64,000 bases of DNA from an uncultured Candidatus Saccharibacteria bacterium (GTDB taxonomy: Bacteria > Patescibacteriota > Saccharimonadia > Saccharimonadales > Saccharimonadaceae), in NCBI GenBank assembly GCA_963539845.1, contig CAUTML010000002.1:31372-95371 (forward strand), written 5' to 3'. Both the position numbers and the translations under genes were made by a program. Positions 1-9,800 of the stretch are shown piece by piece. The stretch's first letter is position 1. Each line of letters starts with the position of its first letter. The notes beneath the pieces are model-generated. The model had not been told where the DNA came from. It worked only from the letters and a program-made list of their open reading frames with translations, and made no database searches.

Positions 1-505
1 ACGAAGGACTGCCAGGCAAATGCAACCGCCCGCCCCACTCAACTGGATATTTATCGACTTCTGTGCCGTAAGTTTTAAAATTAGCAGTCATAATGTTGGC
101 TTCTTTTAAGTTAAAATCATTAAAAACTAGGGAGTTATGATGCTCAGAAGTTTCATCAGCCTGATAAACCACTTGATCAACTTTTGCCACCGACGCGCCA
201 TCTTCCACTTGCAAATTAATCAATCTTCCAATCACGTAACAATTAGTTCTACCTCTATTAACACCCCGAACAGCCGAATTATCACAGTTTGAATGAACCG
301 ATTGAACACCAGTGTCTAAAGCCACATTTTGTACTTCGTTATATTGTCTCTGAAAAAAATCTTTTAAAGAAACCACGGCGTCTTTATAACGCTGACGATT
401 GATCGATTCCTGAACCATACCAACCATCGCCACAAATAGCACGAAGACAATGCTCAATACTAGCATCACCTCCACTAAGCTAAAGCCAGCCCTATTTTTA
501 TCCAT
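1..505 (-). CDS. Prepilin-type minor pilin / pseudopilin (partial; C-terminus runs off the window edge)
   Basis: Not in the ORF track (open to the window edge). Minus-strand ATG at 505 gives MDKNRAGFSLVEVMLVLSIVFVLFVAMVGMV... This shows a short basic leader, a G|F cleavage site, Glu at +5 and a hydrophobic helix, i.e. a class III (prepilin) signal. It lies directly downstream of the prepilin peptidase gene. Confidence 0.7.
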   Translation of the reverse strand, partial: MDKNRAGFSLVEVMLVLSIVFVLFVAMVGMVQESINRQRYKDAVVSLKDFFQRQYNEVQNVALDTGVQSVHSNCDNSAVRGVNRGRTNCYVIGRLINLQVEDGASVAKVDQVVYQADETSEHHNSLVFNDFNLKEANIMTANFKTYGTEVDKYPVEWGGRLHLPGSPS

Positions 506-528
506 GTCTAAATTATAGCACAAGCGTT

Positions 529-1422
529 TTAGATATCAAACATCATCCAGCTGATTTTTTGAAAAATTAAGGCCTTTAAAAAATAAACCGCTATCAAAGC
601 TCCGATAAACATCGGTCCAAAAGCAATCCGCATCCGACGAATGCTTTTTTTGGACAAAATCGCCTTAATCACCACCAAGATACAACCAGATAAATTAGCT
701 AGAAATAGTGCTACCGATGCCAACCAAAAATTTCCCAGCACCAATGCCACTACTGCACCAACATAGGCGTCACCCATACCCACCCAAGATTCCCGAGAAA
801 TCATCGCCAACAACCAATACAGCCCACTCAATAAGCTCACCGCCCCCAAATAATGAATAATTAATATTTTAAAATTGACTCCAGTCTGCACTTGATTAGT
901 AACATTAACCACCGCCAACATCATCGCCAGCCCAATCGCCACCCAGAGAATTTTGGTTGGCAATAATTGCCACTTAGCGTCATAAATAAACAATATAGTT
1001 AACACCACTAACAAAGCCAACCAGATGACCAATTCCAGCCAATTTCCTTGGTAAACAACATACGACATCGCAAACAACCCACCCAAAACGACCTCTGTTA
1101 AAAACTCCGTCCAGCCAATCGATTTATTGCAATAACGACAACGTCCTTTCAAACTCAGCCAACTAATAATCGGAATTAAATCAAACCAAGCCAAGCGGTG
1201 CTGACAGTGCAAACAACGCGAGTGATCAGTTGCAATCGTCACTTTATCAAGCTGAGTCCGCTTGATTAATTGTTGATATTCTTTTTGATCAGCCGTCGAT
1301 AGATCAGCTGGCTTGGCAGTAGATAGTTCACGAGATCGCAAGCGCCAAACCGTGGCTACAGCATATGAACCGAAAATCGCCCCAATCAGGAACAGCCACA
1401 CGCCAATTAACATTTCTAACAT
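529..1422 (-). CDS. pilD: Prepilin peptidase / N-methyltransferase (A24 family)
   Basis: 297-aa polytopic membrane protein. It has an N-terminal double CxxC box (CLHCQHRL...GRCRYCNKSI) flanking a FDLIPIISW motif, then many TM helices, as in PilD-type peptidases. It sits in the pilus operon. Confidence 0.9.
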   Translation of the reverse strand: MLEMLIGVWLFLIGAIFGSYAVATVWRLRSRELSTAKPADLSTADQKEYQQLIKRTQLDKVTIATDHSRCLHCQHRLAWFDLIPIISWLSLKGRCRYCNKSIGWTEFLTEVVLGGLFAMSYVVYQGNWLELVIWLALLVVLTILFIYDAKWQLLPTKILWVAIGLAMMLAVVNVTNQVQTGVNFKILIIHYLGAVSLLSGLYWLLAMISRESWVGMGDAYVGAVVALVLGNFWLASVALFLANLSGCILVVIKAILSKKSIRRMRIAFGPMFIGALIAVYFLKALIFQKISWMMFDI

Positions 1423-1423
1423 T

Positions 1424-1990
1424 TTAATTAGCGTCCAAGCAGTATATTTGACCCGATTCCAATTTCAAACGAAGCACCGCCGAGTAGTTGCCTGCCCCGA
1501 CCAGTTCACCGTCTTTGCCACAAGTGGCTGATTGGTCAATATGAACCGTGGTTAAGTCTAAATCTTGTTTCAAATCCGCCAGAGATTTTTTACGATTGAT
1601 TTCAAATAAATATTCCTTGTTAGACAATGGGTCTTTAGCAAAAGGCTTGTCTTTAATATAGACATCCAAAAATTCCCGTTGCCATTGTCGACGACTGGTT
1701 TCTGATGGCAAATTGCCCCGATGAGCAGTGCGGTAAGCCTGTAACTGGCTGGCTATCGCTTGTAAATTGTCTTTGCGTTGTCGCTCACGTGGTTCGACTC
1801 CCGATAGCCACGGCAAAGACAACCAAGCAATAAACCCAACCACACTGACAAAAGCGACCAACTTAATTATTCGCACAAAGCGTTTGGCTGACTCGCGGAC
1901 CTGGCGTTCCGCTCGAGCCGAAGCTAACATTTCGTCGGCAATAACTTGAGTTGCTTGATCTAATTCGAATTTTGACTTATTGTTATCCAT
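1424..1990 (-). CDS. Pilin-domain paralogue with a long cytoplasmic N-terminus and uncleaved TM anchor (function unknown)
   Basis: Residues after the TM helix align by eye with PilA (2070-2597). DNLQAIASQLQAYRTAHRGNLPSE matches NDLSRLVAALNDYKAAHRGKIPED. The C-terminal loop CGKDGELVGAGNYSAVLRLKLESGQIYCLDAN matches CAEGGADIVGNQGQRVVAFRIKLENAGWHCVDN. There is no G-F-T-x-x-E prepilin motif. Confidence 0.6.
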   Translation of the reverse strand: MDNNKSKFELDQATQVIADEMLASARAERQVRESAKRFVRIIKLVAFVSVVGFIAWLSLPWLSGVEPRERQRKDNLQAIASQLQAYRTAHRGNLPSETSRRQWQREFLDVYIKDKPFAKDPLSNKEYLFEINRKKSLADLKQDLDLTTVHIDQSATCGKDGELVGAGNYSAVLRLKLESGQIYCLDAN

Positions 1991-2020
1991 AATTATTTAA
2001 TATTATATCATAACCATTAT

Positions 2021-2050
2021 AAAAAATCAGCCCCGCGAGAGGCTGATTTT
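2021..2050 (-). terminator. Rho-independent terminator after pilA
   Basis: Minus strand reads AAAATCAGCC-tctcgcgg-GGCTGATTTTTT: a 10-bp GC-containing stem followed by a U-run, 20 nt after the pilA stop. Confidence 0.7.
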
Positions 2051-2069
2051 ATTAATCAAAACTTATCGA

Positions 2070-2597
2070 CTAGTTATCAACACAGTGCCAACCAGCATTT
2101 TCCAGCTTGATGCGGAAAGCCACCACGCGTTGACCTTGGTTACCGACGATGTCAGCACCACCCTCTGCACAGCGTGCTCCAGGGGTGTAATAAATAATAT
2201 TTTGTGATTCTTCAAAAGTAGCAGACAAAGCCCCAGTTGCAACTTCAGCTTTTCTTAAGAAATAAGAAGTTTCACTGTTACCATCACCGGTACTAGCTGG
2301 ACCTGATGGGTCGATAAATGAACCTCGAGCGTTAGAAGTATTGCCACCTAGCAAATAATCATTAACCATTTCTTGCCATTTGCCATCTTCAGGGATTTTA
2401 CCTCGGTGGGCAGCCTTATAATCGTTGAGCGCCGCTACCAATCGACTCAAGTCGTTTTTGCGAGCAGTGTCGCGCTGGCTACGTTGCAAAGCTGGCAAGG
2501 CCAAAAAGACCATCAAGAAAATCAAACCAGCAATCGCTAGCACCAAGACCACCTCAATGATGGTAAAGCCCTTTTTGTTAGTTGTCTGTGAGTTCAT
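2070..2597 (-). CDS. pilA: Type IV major pilin
   Basis: MNSQTTNKKGFTIIEVVLVLAIAGLIFLMVFLALP... is a canonical prepilin leader: G|FTxxE followed by a hydrophobic helix. It has a C-terminal Cys...Cys disulfide loop, a strong SD (AAAGGAG), and its own promoter and terminator. Confidence 0.85.
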   Translation of the reverse strand: MNSQTTNKKGFTIIEVVLVLAIAGLIFLMVFLALPALQRSQRDTARKNDLSRLVAALNDYKAAHRGKIPEDGKWQEMVNDYLLGGNTSNARGSFIDPSGPASTGDGNSETSYFLRKAEVATGALSATFEESQNIIYYTPGARCAEGGADIVGNQGQRVVAFRIKLENAGWHCVDN

Positions 2598-2627
2598 TAT
2601 TTCTCCTTTTATTTATTATCTATTTTT

Positions 2628-2656
2628 ATGATACTACTTATGGTTAAAATTGTCTA
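2628..2656 (-). promoter_or_regulatory. Candidate sigma-70 promoter for pilA (TAGACA-N17-TATCAT)
   Basis: Read on the minus strand in the pilC-pilA intergenic region. Hexamers and the 17-nt spacer were counted by hand. Confidence 0.45.
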
Positions 2657-2661
2657 GTCTT

Positions 2662-3870
2662 TTAAACCTTAATATCGTTAACCAGACTATAAATCGGCAA
2701 CAAAATCGCCGCCACCATCGTTCCGGCCATCAAAGCTAGCACCACCATTAACACCGGCTCAATTGCTGTTGACAAGGCTTTAATTTGTTCATCAAGCTCT
2801 TCTTCATAGACTTGAGCGGCTTTAGCCATCATTTCCGAAATCTTACCGGACTGTTCACCAATACTAATCATTTGAGGCACTAGTGGCAAAATATACTCTT
2901 GGTCTTTAATCGCAACCGACAAAGCCTTACCGCCCTGGACTTTTTCAGCTGCCGAAGCGATGCTTTCTGCCACCAACGAATTATTAACCGCCTCGCCAGC
3001 GATATCCAAACTATCCAGCATCGCCACACCAGTCTCCAAGAGCAATTCAGCCGTTCGCAAAAATCGCGCCATATATAGTTTGCGGAACATATGTTTAAAT
3101 AACGGCACATTCAGTTTAAAATTGTCCATCACGCGCGAGCCAGATTCAGTTTGAAAATACCTAACCAGCAAAAATATACCAACGACTAGAACAATCAGCA
3201 CTAACCACCAAAAATTGATCAAGAAGTTCGCCACGCCAACCATAATTTGTGTCACAAACGGCAAGGTTTTGTTCATGTCTTTATATAATTTGTCAACTTG
3301 TGGCACCACTTGAATCAGCAAAAAGCTCATCACCAAAATAATCACACACAGCACGATTGCTGGATAAGTCATCGCCCCACGAATTTTACTCATCATTTGG
3401 GCATCTTTTTCCTGCTGGTTAGCAATCCGTTTGAGAGCCGTGTCTAGCGTACCTGATACTTCACCAGCACTAACTAGCGACAAGTATAATTTGTCAAACA
3501 CCTTGGGATGTTTAGCAAACGATTCCGATAGGGTTTTACCACCTTCAACTGAGGTAACGATATCAGAAACTATGACTTTCAAGGCTTTATTTTCGGTCTG
3601 TTCGTACACCGTATGTAACGCTTGAGTCAGTGGTAATCCAGCACCAATCAGCGTCGATAATTGTCGTGAAAAAACCAACCTATCCTTTAGCGTAATTCGA
3701 TTTAGGAATTTTTCAATAAAACTATCTTGATCCGCCTCACTAATATGAATCGGTACCAAATCTTGTTCTAACAGCAATTTACCAGCAGCGATTTCGTTTT
3801 CTGCTTTAACGGTAGATTTAACAATTTTGCTAGTTTTGTTATCACGAGCTTGGTAATTAAAGGTTCGCAT
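2662..3870 (-). CDS. pilC: Type IV pilus platform protein (GspF/PilC family)
   Basis: 402 aa with two GspF-type repeats (…LSTLIGAGLPLTQAL… and …LETGVAMLDSLDI…) separated by TM helices. It is adjacent to pilT and pilB. Confidence 0.9.
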   Translation of the reverse strand: MRTFNYQARDNKTSKIVKSTVKAENEIAAGKLLLEQDLVPIHISEADQDSFIEKFLNRITLKDRLVFSRQLSTLIGAGLPLTQALHTVYEQTENKALKVIVSDIVTSVEGGKTLSESFAKHPKVFDKLYLSLVSAGEVSGTLDTALKRIANQQEKDAQMMSKIRGAMTYPAIVLCVIILVMSFLLIQVVPQVDKLYKDMNKTLPFVTQIMVGVANFLINFWWLVLIVLVVGIFLLVRYFQTESGSRVMDNFKLNVPLFKHMFRKLYMARFLRTAELLLETGVAMLDSLDIAGEAVNNSLVAESIASAAEKVQGGKALSVAIKDQEYILPLVPQMISIGEQSGKISEMMAKAAQVYEEELDEQIKALSTAIEPVLMVVLALMAGTMVAAILLPIYSLVNDIKV

Positions 3871-3879
3871 CGTTTACTC

Positions 3880-4947
3880 CTATCCCCTTACTAATCGATT
3901 AAATTCAGTCATATCAACTGCGTAATTGCGAGCTTCATCATAAGTTATAACGCCAGTTTGCACCAATTTAACCAGAGTGCGATCCATCGTCTGCATACCC
4001 TGGTCAGCTCCAGTTTGAATCACCGCATCGAGCTGATGGGCTTTACCTTCACGGATAATGTTACGCACTGCCGGATTGGCAACTAGTACTTCCGTCGCAA
4101 CTACACGCCCACCACCGATCGCCGGAACTAGCCGTTGACAACAAATCCCCTGCAAAATATTAGCTAATTGCGAACGAATTTGCGGTTGCTGGTGCGGTGG
4201 AAAAACGTCAATCATACGATCAACCGATTGAGCTGCCGAGTTAGTGTGCAGTGTCGCGAACACCAAGTGACCGGTTTCAGCAATGGTAATCGCCGCCGCA
4301 ATTGTCTCTAGATCGCGCATCTCACCAATTAGCACCACATCGGGGTCTTGACGCAACGCCGATCGCAAGGCTGCGGAGAAAGAATAAGTATCGTAATGAA
4401 CTTCGCGTTGCACAATTACCGAACGCTTTGATTGATGAGTAAACTCAATTGGATCCTCAATGGTAACGATATGGTGTGATTTTTCGGAGTTGATTTTGTC
4501 AATTAGGGCCGCCAAGGTGGTCGATTTGCCAGAACCAGTCGGGCCAGTCACCAACACCAATCCTCGCGGAAAATCAGCAAACGAAGAAATGACTTTTGGC
4601 AAACCAAGCTCATCGACAGTTTGAACAACATTGGGGATCGAACGCAAAGCTATTGCTAAATTGCCTCGCTCGTGGAAGGCATTAGCCCGGAATCGAGCTA
4701 AATTACCAAAAGCAAACGAGAAATCAAATTCCTTATCTTTTAATAAAATCTGTTGTTGCTCCTCATCCAAAATGCTCATCACCAACGCTTCGGTCATTTT
4801 TTCATCAAGCACTGGAGCTTGAGCAATCGGTGCCAAGGAACCATCAACACGCAACATCGGCTTGAGACCAACTTGCAAATGCAAGTCAGACGCCTTACGG
4901 CGCACCACTTCTTCTAGTAATAATTCGATTTTTAACCCATTCTCCAT
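3880..4947 (-). CDS. pilT: Twitching-motility retraction ATPase
   Basis: 355 aa with Walker A GPTGSGKST, a PilT-type AVRNIIREGKAHQL motif and no GspE N-terminal domain. Confidence 0.9.
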   Translation of the reverse strand: MENGLKIELLLEEVVRRKASDLHLQVGLKPMLRVDGSLAPIAQAPVLDEKMTEALVMSILDEEQQQILLKDKEFDFSFAFGNLARFRANAFHERGNLAIALRSIPNVVQTVDELGLPKVISSFADFPRGLVLVTGPTGSGKSTTLAALIDKINSEKSHHIVTIEDPIEFTHQSKRSVIVQREVHYDTYSFSAALRSALRQDPDVVLIGEMRDLETIAAAITIAETGHLVFATLHTNSAAQSVDRMIDVFPPHQQPQIRSQLANILQGICCQRLVPAIGGGRVVATEVLVANPAVRNIIREGKAHQLDAVIQTGADQGMQTMDRTLVKLVQTGVITYDEARNYAVDMTEFNRLVRG

Positions 4948-4964
4948 ATTATTCTCCTTATTTA

Positions 4965-6740
4965 TTAAGCCATATCAGAGGCCACGCGGTTGACTTCCTC
5001 GAGCGAAGTGATACCGTTTAGAGCTTTAAGATAACCGTCCTGTTTCATAGTAACCATGCCCTGCTCAACCGCTAGTTTGTTAATTTCGGTGCTGGTAGCT
5101 CGTTTAACGATCAAATTTTCCATCTCGTCAGTAATATCCATCACTTCATAAATACCAGCTCGTCCCTTATAACCACCCGGTGCGGTTTTAGTCGATGCCG
5201 CCTTAGTCAAAGTATAAGATTGCTGACCAGCCAATGGTAAATTAGCATAACCCAAATCTTCCGAAATTTCCCGAACTTCTTCTTTGGTTTTTGGTAAAAT
5301 CGAGTCAAGCGCATTACGAATCGAATCGGTTTCAGCGGCACTCGATTGATAGGTCGACCGTTCTTCCTTAGAAATACGACGAACCAAACGCTGACCAATG
5401 ACCGTATTAACCGTTGAAGCGATCAGATATGGTTCAATTCCCATGTCTAGCAATCGAGGTAGCACACCAGCAGCTGAGTTGGTGTGTAAAGTTGAAAACA
5501 CCAAGTGACCGGTTAGCGCTGCTTGCACCGCCAAACGAGCCGTTTCCGAGTCACGAATCTCACCAACCATCACCACATCCGGGTCCTGACGCAAAATTGA
5601 GCGCAAACCACTAGCAAAAGTCAAACCAACTTCCGAGTTAACCTGAATCTGATTAATGCCACCCATTTTATACTCAACTGGATCCTCGAGAGTAACAATG
5701 TTGATGGTTTCATCTTTAATTTCTTGAATTAAAGCATACAAGCTAGTCGATTTACCAGAACCGGTTGGACCAGAGGTCAACACCATACCATTTGGTTGGG
5801 CAATACCTTTACGAATCGCCCGAAGCGACCGACCAGCATAACCCATATCTTCTAGTTTCAGCGTTGTACCAGTTTTGTCTAGCAAACGAATCACCACTTG
5901 CTCACCCCAAACCACTGGGCTAATCGCAATACGCAAGTCAACTTCTTTATCCATCACTTTGACTGCAAACTGACCGTCTTGTGGAATACGATGCTCGTCG
6001 ATTTTTAAATCTGACAAAATTTTAATACGCGACACCAGCGCCGGTTCAATCGTCTTCGGTAATTGCATAATTTCTCGCAACATACCGTCCACTCGACAGC
6101 GAATTTTTAACGATTCTTCCAATGGTTCAATGTGAATATCGCTGGCTTTAGTTTTAACAGCATATTCCAAAATCGTATTTAAAGCTTTTGAAATCGGTGA
6201 GTCCTGAACAATAACCTTCAGATTATCCGATTCTTCGTTAGCGATTTTACTCTCGGCTTCGGACACCGCGGCTGCTTTATTAACCGATGAAAAATCAGTA
6301 CCGTATTGTTCCAAAACATGCCGAATTCCCTGCTCACTAGCCATATAGACCTTGAGTGGTTTTTTAACCAGACTAGTCAAATAATCAATCGCTTGAATAT
6401 TATTAGCGTCGAGCATCGCTACCGACAATCGCCCACCAGATGATAGTTGCAACGGAACAGCCATACTACGCTCGGCGGCGCTAGTCGGTATCAGTTTCAA
6501 GACTTCTTGATCAACGATGAAATCGTTAATGTTGACATATGGCACCCCCAATAGCATGGCTTCTATTTGGACAATTGCCTCAATGTCCACCAGATTGTTT
6601 TTCAACAAAAAATCAATAATCGGTTCGTTAGCCGCTTCAGCTGCCTCTACCGTCGCCTTTAATTTAGCACCATCAACTAACCCTTCAGTGCTGAGGATTT
6701 GAATAATTTGTGTTTGATGTTCAGTGGTGAGTAGTGGCAT
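4965..6740 (-). CDS. pilB: Type IV pilus assembly (extension) ATPase, GspE/PilB family
   Basis: 591 aa with an N-terminal GspE_N-like domain, Walker A GPTGSGKST, and Asp/His boxes (ILRQDPDVVMVGEIRD, FSTLHTN). Confidence 0.9.
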   Translation of the reverse strand: MPLLTTEHQTQIIQILSTEGLVDGAKLKATVEAAEAANEPIIDFLLKNNLVDIEAIVQIEAMLLGVPYVNINDFIVDQEVLKLIPTSAAERSMAVPLQLSSGGRLSVAMLDANNIQAIDYLTSLVKKPLKVYMASEQGIRHVLEQYGTDFSSVNKAAAVSEAESKIANEESDNLKVIVQDSPISKALNTILEYAVKTKASDIHIEPLEESLKIRCRVDGMLREIMQLPKTIEPALVSRIKILSDLKIDEHRIPQDGQFAVKVMDKEVDLRIAISPVVWGEQVVIRLLDKTGTTLKLEDMGYAGRSLRAIRKGIAQPNGMVLTSGPTGSGKSTSLYALIQEIKDETINIVTLEDPVEYKMGGINQIQVNSEVGLTFASGLRSILRQDPDVVMVGEIRDSETARLAVQAALTGHLVFSTLHTNSAAGVLPRLLDMGIEPYLIASTVNTVIGQRLVRRISKEERSTYQSSAAETDSIRNALDSILPKTKEEVREISEDLGYANLPLAGQQSYTLTKAASTKTAPGGYKGRAGIYEVMDITDEMENLIVKRATSTEINKLAVEQGMVTMKQDGYLKALNGITSLEEVNRVASDMA

Positions 6741-7069
6741 TATTTTTTAATCTCAGTTCCTTGATTGGATTTTGAATTAGGTTTGTCAGTTTTATTGGTT
6801 TTGTCGGATTTATCAGTTTTATTAGGCTTGTCAATCTGCTCTTCTTCGTTTTTTTCTAGCCCAATAAACACCTGAACAGCCGGGTTGATCGAATCTTTAT
6901 GAAAAATCTTCTCGTCGGGCGTTTTTAAAGTAGATTTAACCACTTCAATCACTTTAACTTTGGCCTCGTTTGGTTGTTTTTTAATAAACAAACTGCTAAT
7001 TAAAAAATAAGAACCAGCTACACAAACGATCACTATCGTTACAATTAATGCAATATCATTTTTTTTCAT
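6740..7069 (-). CDS. Small bitopic membrane protein of the pilus operon (unknown; Lys/Thr/Asp-rich tail)
   Basis: 109 aa with an N-terminal TM helix and a C-terminal KTDKSDKTNKTDKPNSK low-complexity tail. Its start overlaps the upstream gene by 14 nt and its stop overlaps the pilB start, which implies translational coupling. Confidence 0.5.
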   Translation of the reverse strand: MKKNDIALIVTIVIVCVAGSYFLISSLFIKKQPNEAKVKVIEVVKSTLKTPDEKIFHKDSINPAVQVFIGLEKNEEEQIDKPNKTDKSDKTNKTDKPNSKSNQGTEIKK

Positions 7070-7859
7070 TTTTAGAGCCCTTCACTCCTGTTTTCTTTTT
7101 AACAGCTTTCTTATTGTCACCTTCTTTGATTGTTTTCTCTTTCATCTCAGCTTTAATGCCATAACTGTAAAAAGAGCGAGCTGTAATCGTCAACCAGTGC
7201 TTATGTTCTTCTGCAGGTATAGCATTTCCCTTGTTATCAACCGTTTTGTTACTTGACTCGAATTTGATTTTATCAACAAAAATTGGACGAATAGAGTTCT
7301 CGATATTTTTTAAGACTTGGTTAAGTCCCATGGCCGTACCGGTAATTTTAACGCGAAAATAAATTGGTGGTTCTTTAATATCGTCGTATTCTTCGTTGTA
7401 AGAAGCACCGCCCTGACCAACAAATTCGCTGCCTGTCTCATCCTCAGTCTTCGTCAAAGACATCTGGTCAATCACAATATTCGGCACATTGAGAATACTA
7501 CGTCGCAAGCTCTCACCCAACGCTGGTGTGTTAGCACGATCCGGAAGAGCGTCCAAAATCACCTGAAGCGGGGTTTGGCTAGGATAAGCTTTTTTATCGG
7601 CCAATAGTTTATTGGTTTCTAAAACTCGAACTTGCTTGTCCAACTCAACAATAGTTTTGTTATTTTTAGCGAGATTCGAAATGGTTTCGTTCTGAGCAGA
7701 AATCACTCGCTGGTTAAAGAACACCCGCTTGACCAAAAACCAGTTCAGCACCATGGCCGCCCCGACAAACACCGAAGCTACAGCCACCACGATTAGCATG
7801 GTTTGATGGGCTTTTTTTAGCATTTGTCGTTTACGAATTGCAAAATCTTTTTTAGCCAT
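7056..7859 (-). CDS. pilO: PilO-like pilus alignment protein (bitopic, coiled coil)
   Basis: 267 aa with a short basic N-terminus, one TM helix and a coiled-coil segment. Its position immediately after the pilM and pilN-like genes matches the pilMNO order. The assignment rests on architecture and synteny only. Confidence 0.45.
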   Translation of the reverse strand: MAKKDFAIRKRQMLKKAHQTMLIVVAVASVFVGAAMVLNWFLVKRVFFNQRVISAQNETISNLAKNNKTIVELDKQVRVLETNKLLADKKAYPSQTPLQVILDALPDRANTPALGESLRRSILNVPNIVIDQMSLTKTEDETGSEFVGQGGASYNEEYDDIKEPPIYFRVKITGTAMGLNQVLKNIENSIRPIFVDKIKFESSNKTVDNKGNAIPAEEHKHWLTITARSFYSYGIKAEMKEKTIKEGDNKKAVKKKTGVKGSKNEKK

Positions 7860-8707
7860 TATTTATCCTCCCGTTTTTGCTCATCTTGTTGCTCTTTGTC
7901 TTTTTTGATGCTACCAAATAGTTCTTGCGGAATCGATAAGTATGAGTCAGTTACGTCGCGATAGCTCGAACCTTTGATAATTGCCATTTTTTGATTAGCA
8001 GTAAAAAAGGTCTTTTGCATTGGCAAACCGATTTTAAAGGTCAGCACGCGTTTTCCTTCGGAGTTATCGCCCAAAGTAGGATCCGCTAGTAATGATGCCT
8101 CTTGACGAAGCAAACTTTCCTTGCCAGCCTCTTCCAACGCCTTCTTCCAGGCCGCCTCGATGTCTTTTTCGTTGGCGTTGTTATTGATTTCACTAATCTT
8201 AGAGATGTCAGCATAAGAAATCTCGGCGTTGTTAAGAGTCTTAATAAACCGTTCGAGTTCAACATAGCCAGTTTCCGAATAACCCTCGATAATCATATTT
8301 TTCTTATGAGGTAAAACGTCGATTTGTGACACTTTAATGTCCAATTTGTATTTAGGAATTATTTGCGTCAAAATAATAAACATCCGAGAAGTAATTGGCT
8401 TTTTGGTGTGCATCTCGTCTAAATTATTCAGTTGTTTTTGAATGGTCAAAATACTGGACGAACCTGGATATTTAGCAAATTTATCAAAATCACTTTTAAT
8501 TTGATTTTTTTGACTATTGATAATCAATCCCTGAGCCGCAAAAGCCACCATCGCCAGAATAATCACCAAAGAAGCGATCACGGCTGAGACAATAATCGAC
8601 CAAGTTACCACTCGATCACGAGTTTGGCGAGCCAGCAGAACTTCCTGTTTAATATCAGGAATTAGGTTGACCTCGATCATTTTTAACTGTTTTTTTGATT
8701 TTTTCAT
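7859..8707 (-). CDS. pilN: PilN-like pilus alignment protein
   Basis: The N-terminus IEVNLIPDIKQEVL resembles the PilN INLLP motif that binds PilM, and is followed by a single TM helix. It overlaps pilM by 4 nt. Confidence 0.55.
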   Translation of the reverse strand: MKKSKKQLKMIEVNLIPDIKQEVLLARQTRDRVVTWSIIVSAVIASLVIILAMVAFAAQGLIINSQKNQIKSDFDKFAKYPGSSSILTIQKQLNNLDEMHTKKPITSRMFIILTQIIPKYKLDIKVSQIDVLPHKKNMIIEGYSETGYVELERFIKTLNNAEISYADISKISEINNNANEKDIEAAWKKALEEAGKESLLRQEASLLADPTLGDNSEGKRVLTFKIGLPMQKTFFTANQKMAIIKGSSYRDVTDSYLSIPQELFGSIKKDKEQQDEQKREDK

Positions 8708-9765
8708 AAATTATTACCTCGTTGTGCTAAACCAACCGCTACCGCAAATTCCGCGCCGATCGACATCAGCGAAGTTTGTTGGTCAGGTGTCAAAACCACA
8801 TCATTCCACGGCGAACCAATTACCGTTTTGACGTTGGTATAGTTAGCGATATATTGATTCATCATCGGTGTCATAGCCGCGTATCCAGAGACGATAATTT
8901 GATTCACCGGGATTTGTGGGTAGCGAGTCTGGAAGAATTTAAGTGATTTATTAAGTTCCCCAGTAAAATTCTCCAAAACCGACTGAATAGCGTTAAATAC
9001 CTTACCTTCTAACTTGTCCGTGGCCAAACCGAACTTCAGAATAAATTGTCGAGCCTGATCTTCTTTAATGTCTAGCCCTCGCACTGCCGATTGAATAATT
9101 GTATTAAAACCGATTGGAATCGAGCGAACTAAACGTGGCGCTCCCTGATAAACGATCGTCAACTCAGTCGTGGTTTCACCGAGATCAACAATCATATTAA
9201 CCGCCCCCTCAAGCTCCATATTTAGCGACCGAGAAATGGCAATTTGATCTGGCTCCATAGCAATCACATTCAAGCCCAGATCCTCCAAAAATTCCAGCTG
9301 ACGTTCGCTATATTCAATCGAAGTACTCGATAGAATCACTTCTTTTTTGGACGGATCGCGAGGCGATTGACCCAGCACCGCCCAGTCAAACTTGGCGTCT
9401 TCGACCGCCATCGGAATATATTGATCAACTTGATATTTGATAGTTTTGGTAAGTTCAATATCGGTCTGATCTGGCATATCGATAATCGTGGTAAAAGCCT
9501 TGCTTGATGGCAAACTCAGCACTACGTTTTTAGTTTTAATGCTAGATTGACCGATAGCATTAAGAATTGCTTCGCCGAGCTTCTTATTTCCTAGATCTGA
9601 ATCATCCGCACTGACCTTAGGATCAATCGGTAAATAGGCATAATTTTTTAAGATAAAAGAACCAGCCCCGTCTTTATTATCACGAGGTGCTAATTGAACT
9701 ATACGGATTGACCTAGTGCCTATATCTAGACCAAAAAAGTCGCCCACTCTGCTAAACATACTCAT
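8704..9765 (-). CDS. pilM: Type IV pilus assembly ATPase-fold protein PilM
   Basis: Actin/FtsA-like fold motifs (GLDIGTRSIRIVQL..., VDLGETTTELTIV). The ORF is open to 9828, but ATG 9765 sits 6 nt after a TTGCTA-N17-TATAAT promoter, so I take 9765 (or 9759) as the start. Confidence 0.85.
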   Translation of the reverse strand: MSMFSRVGDFFGLDIGTRSIRIVQLAPRDNKDGAGSFILKNYAYLPIDPKVSADDSDLGNKKLGEAILNAIGQSSIKTKNVVLSLPSSKAFTTIIDMPDQTDIELTKTIKYQVDQYIPMAVEDAKFDWAVLGQSPRDPSKKEVILSSTSIEYSERQLEFLEDLGLNVIAMEPDQIAISRSLNMELEGAVNMIVDLGETTTELTIVYQGAPRLVRSIPIGFNTIIQSAVRGLDIKEDQARQFILKFGLATDKLEGKVFNAIQSVLENFTGELNKSLKFFQTRYPQIPVNQIIVSGYAAMTPMMNQYIANYTNVKTVIGSPWNDVVLTPDQQTSLMSIGAEFAVAVGLAQRGNNL

Positions 9766-9771
9766 AATTTT

Positions 9772-9800
9772 ATTATACATAAGCACTACCGTTTTAGCAA
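9772..9800 (-). promoter_or_regulatory. Promoter of the pilus operon (TTGCTA-N17-TATAAT), leaderless geometry
   Basis: The -10 box ends 6 nt before ATG 9765 and there is no SD sequence. Confidence 0.55.
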
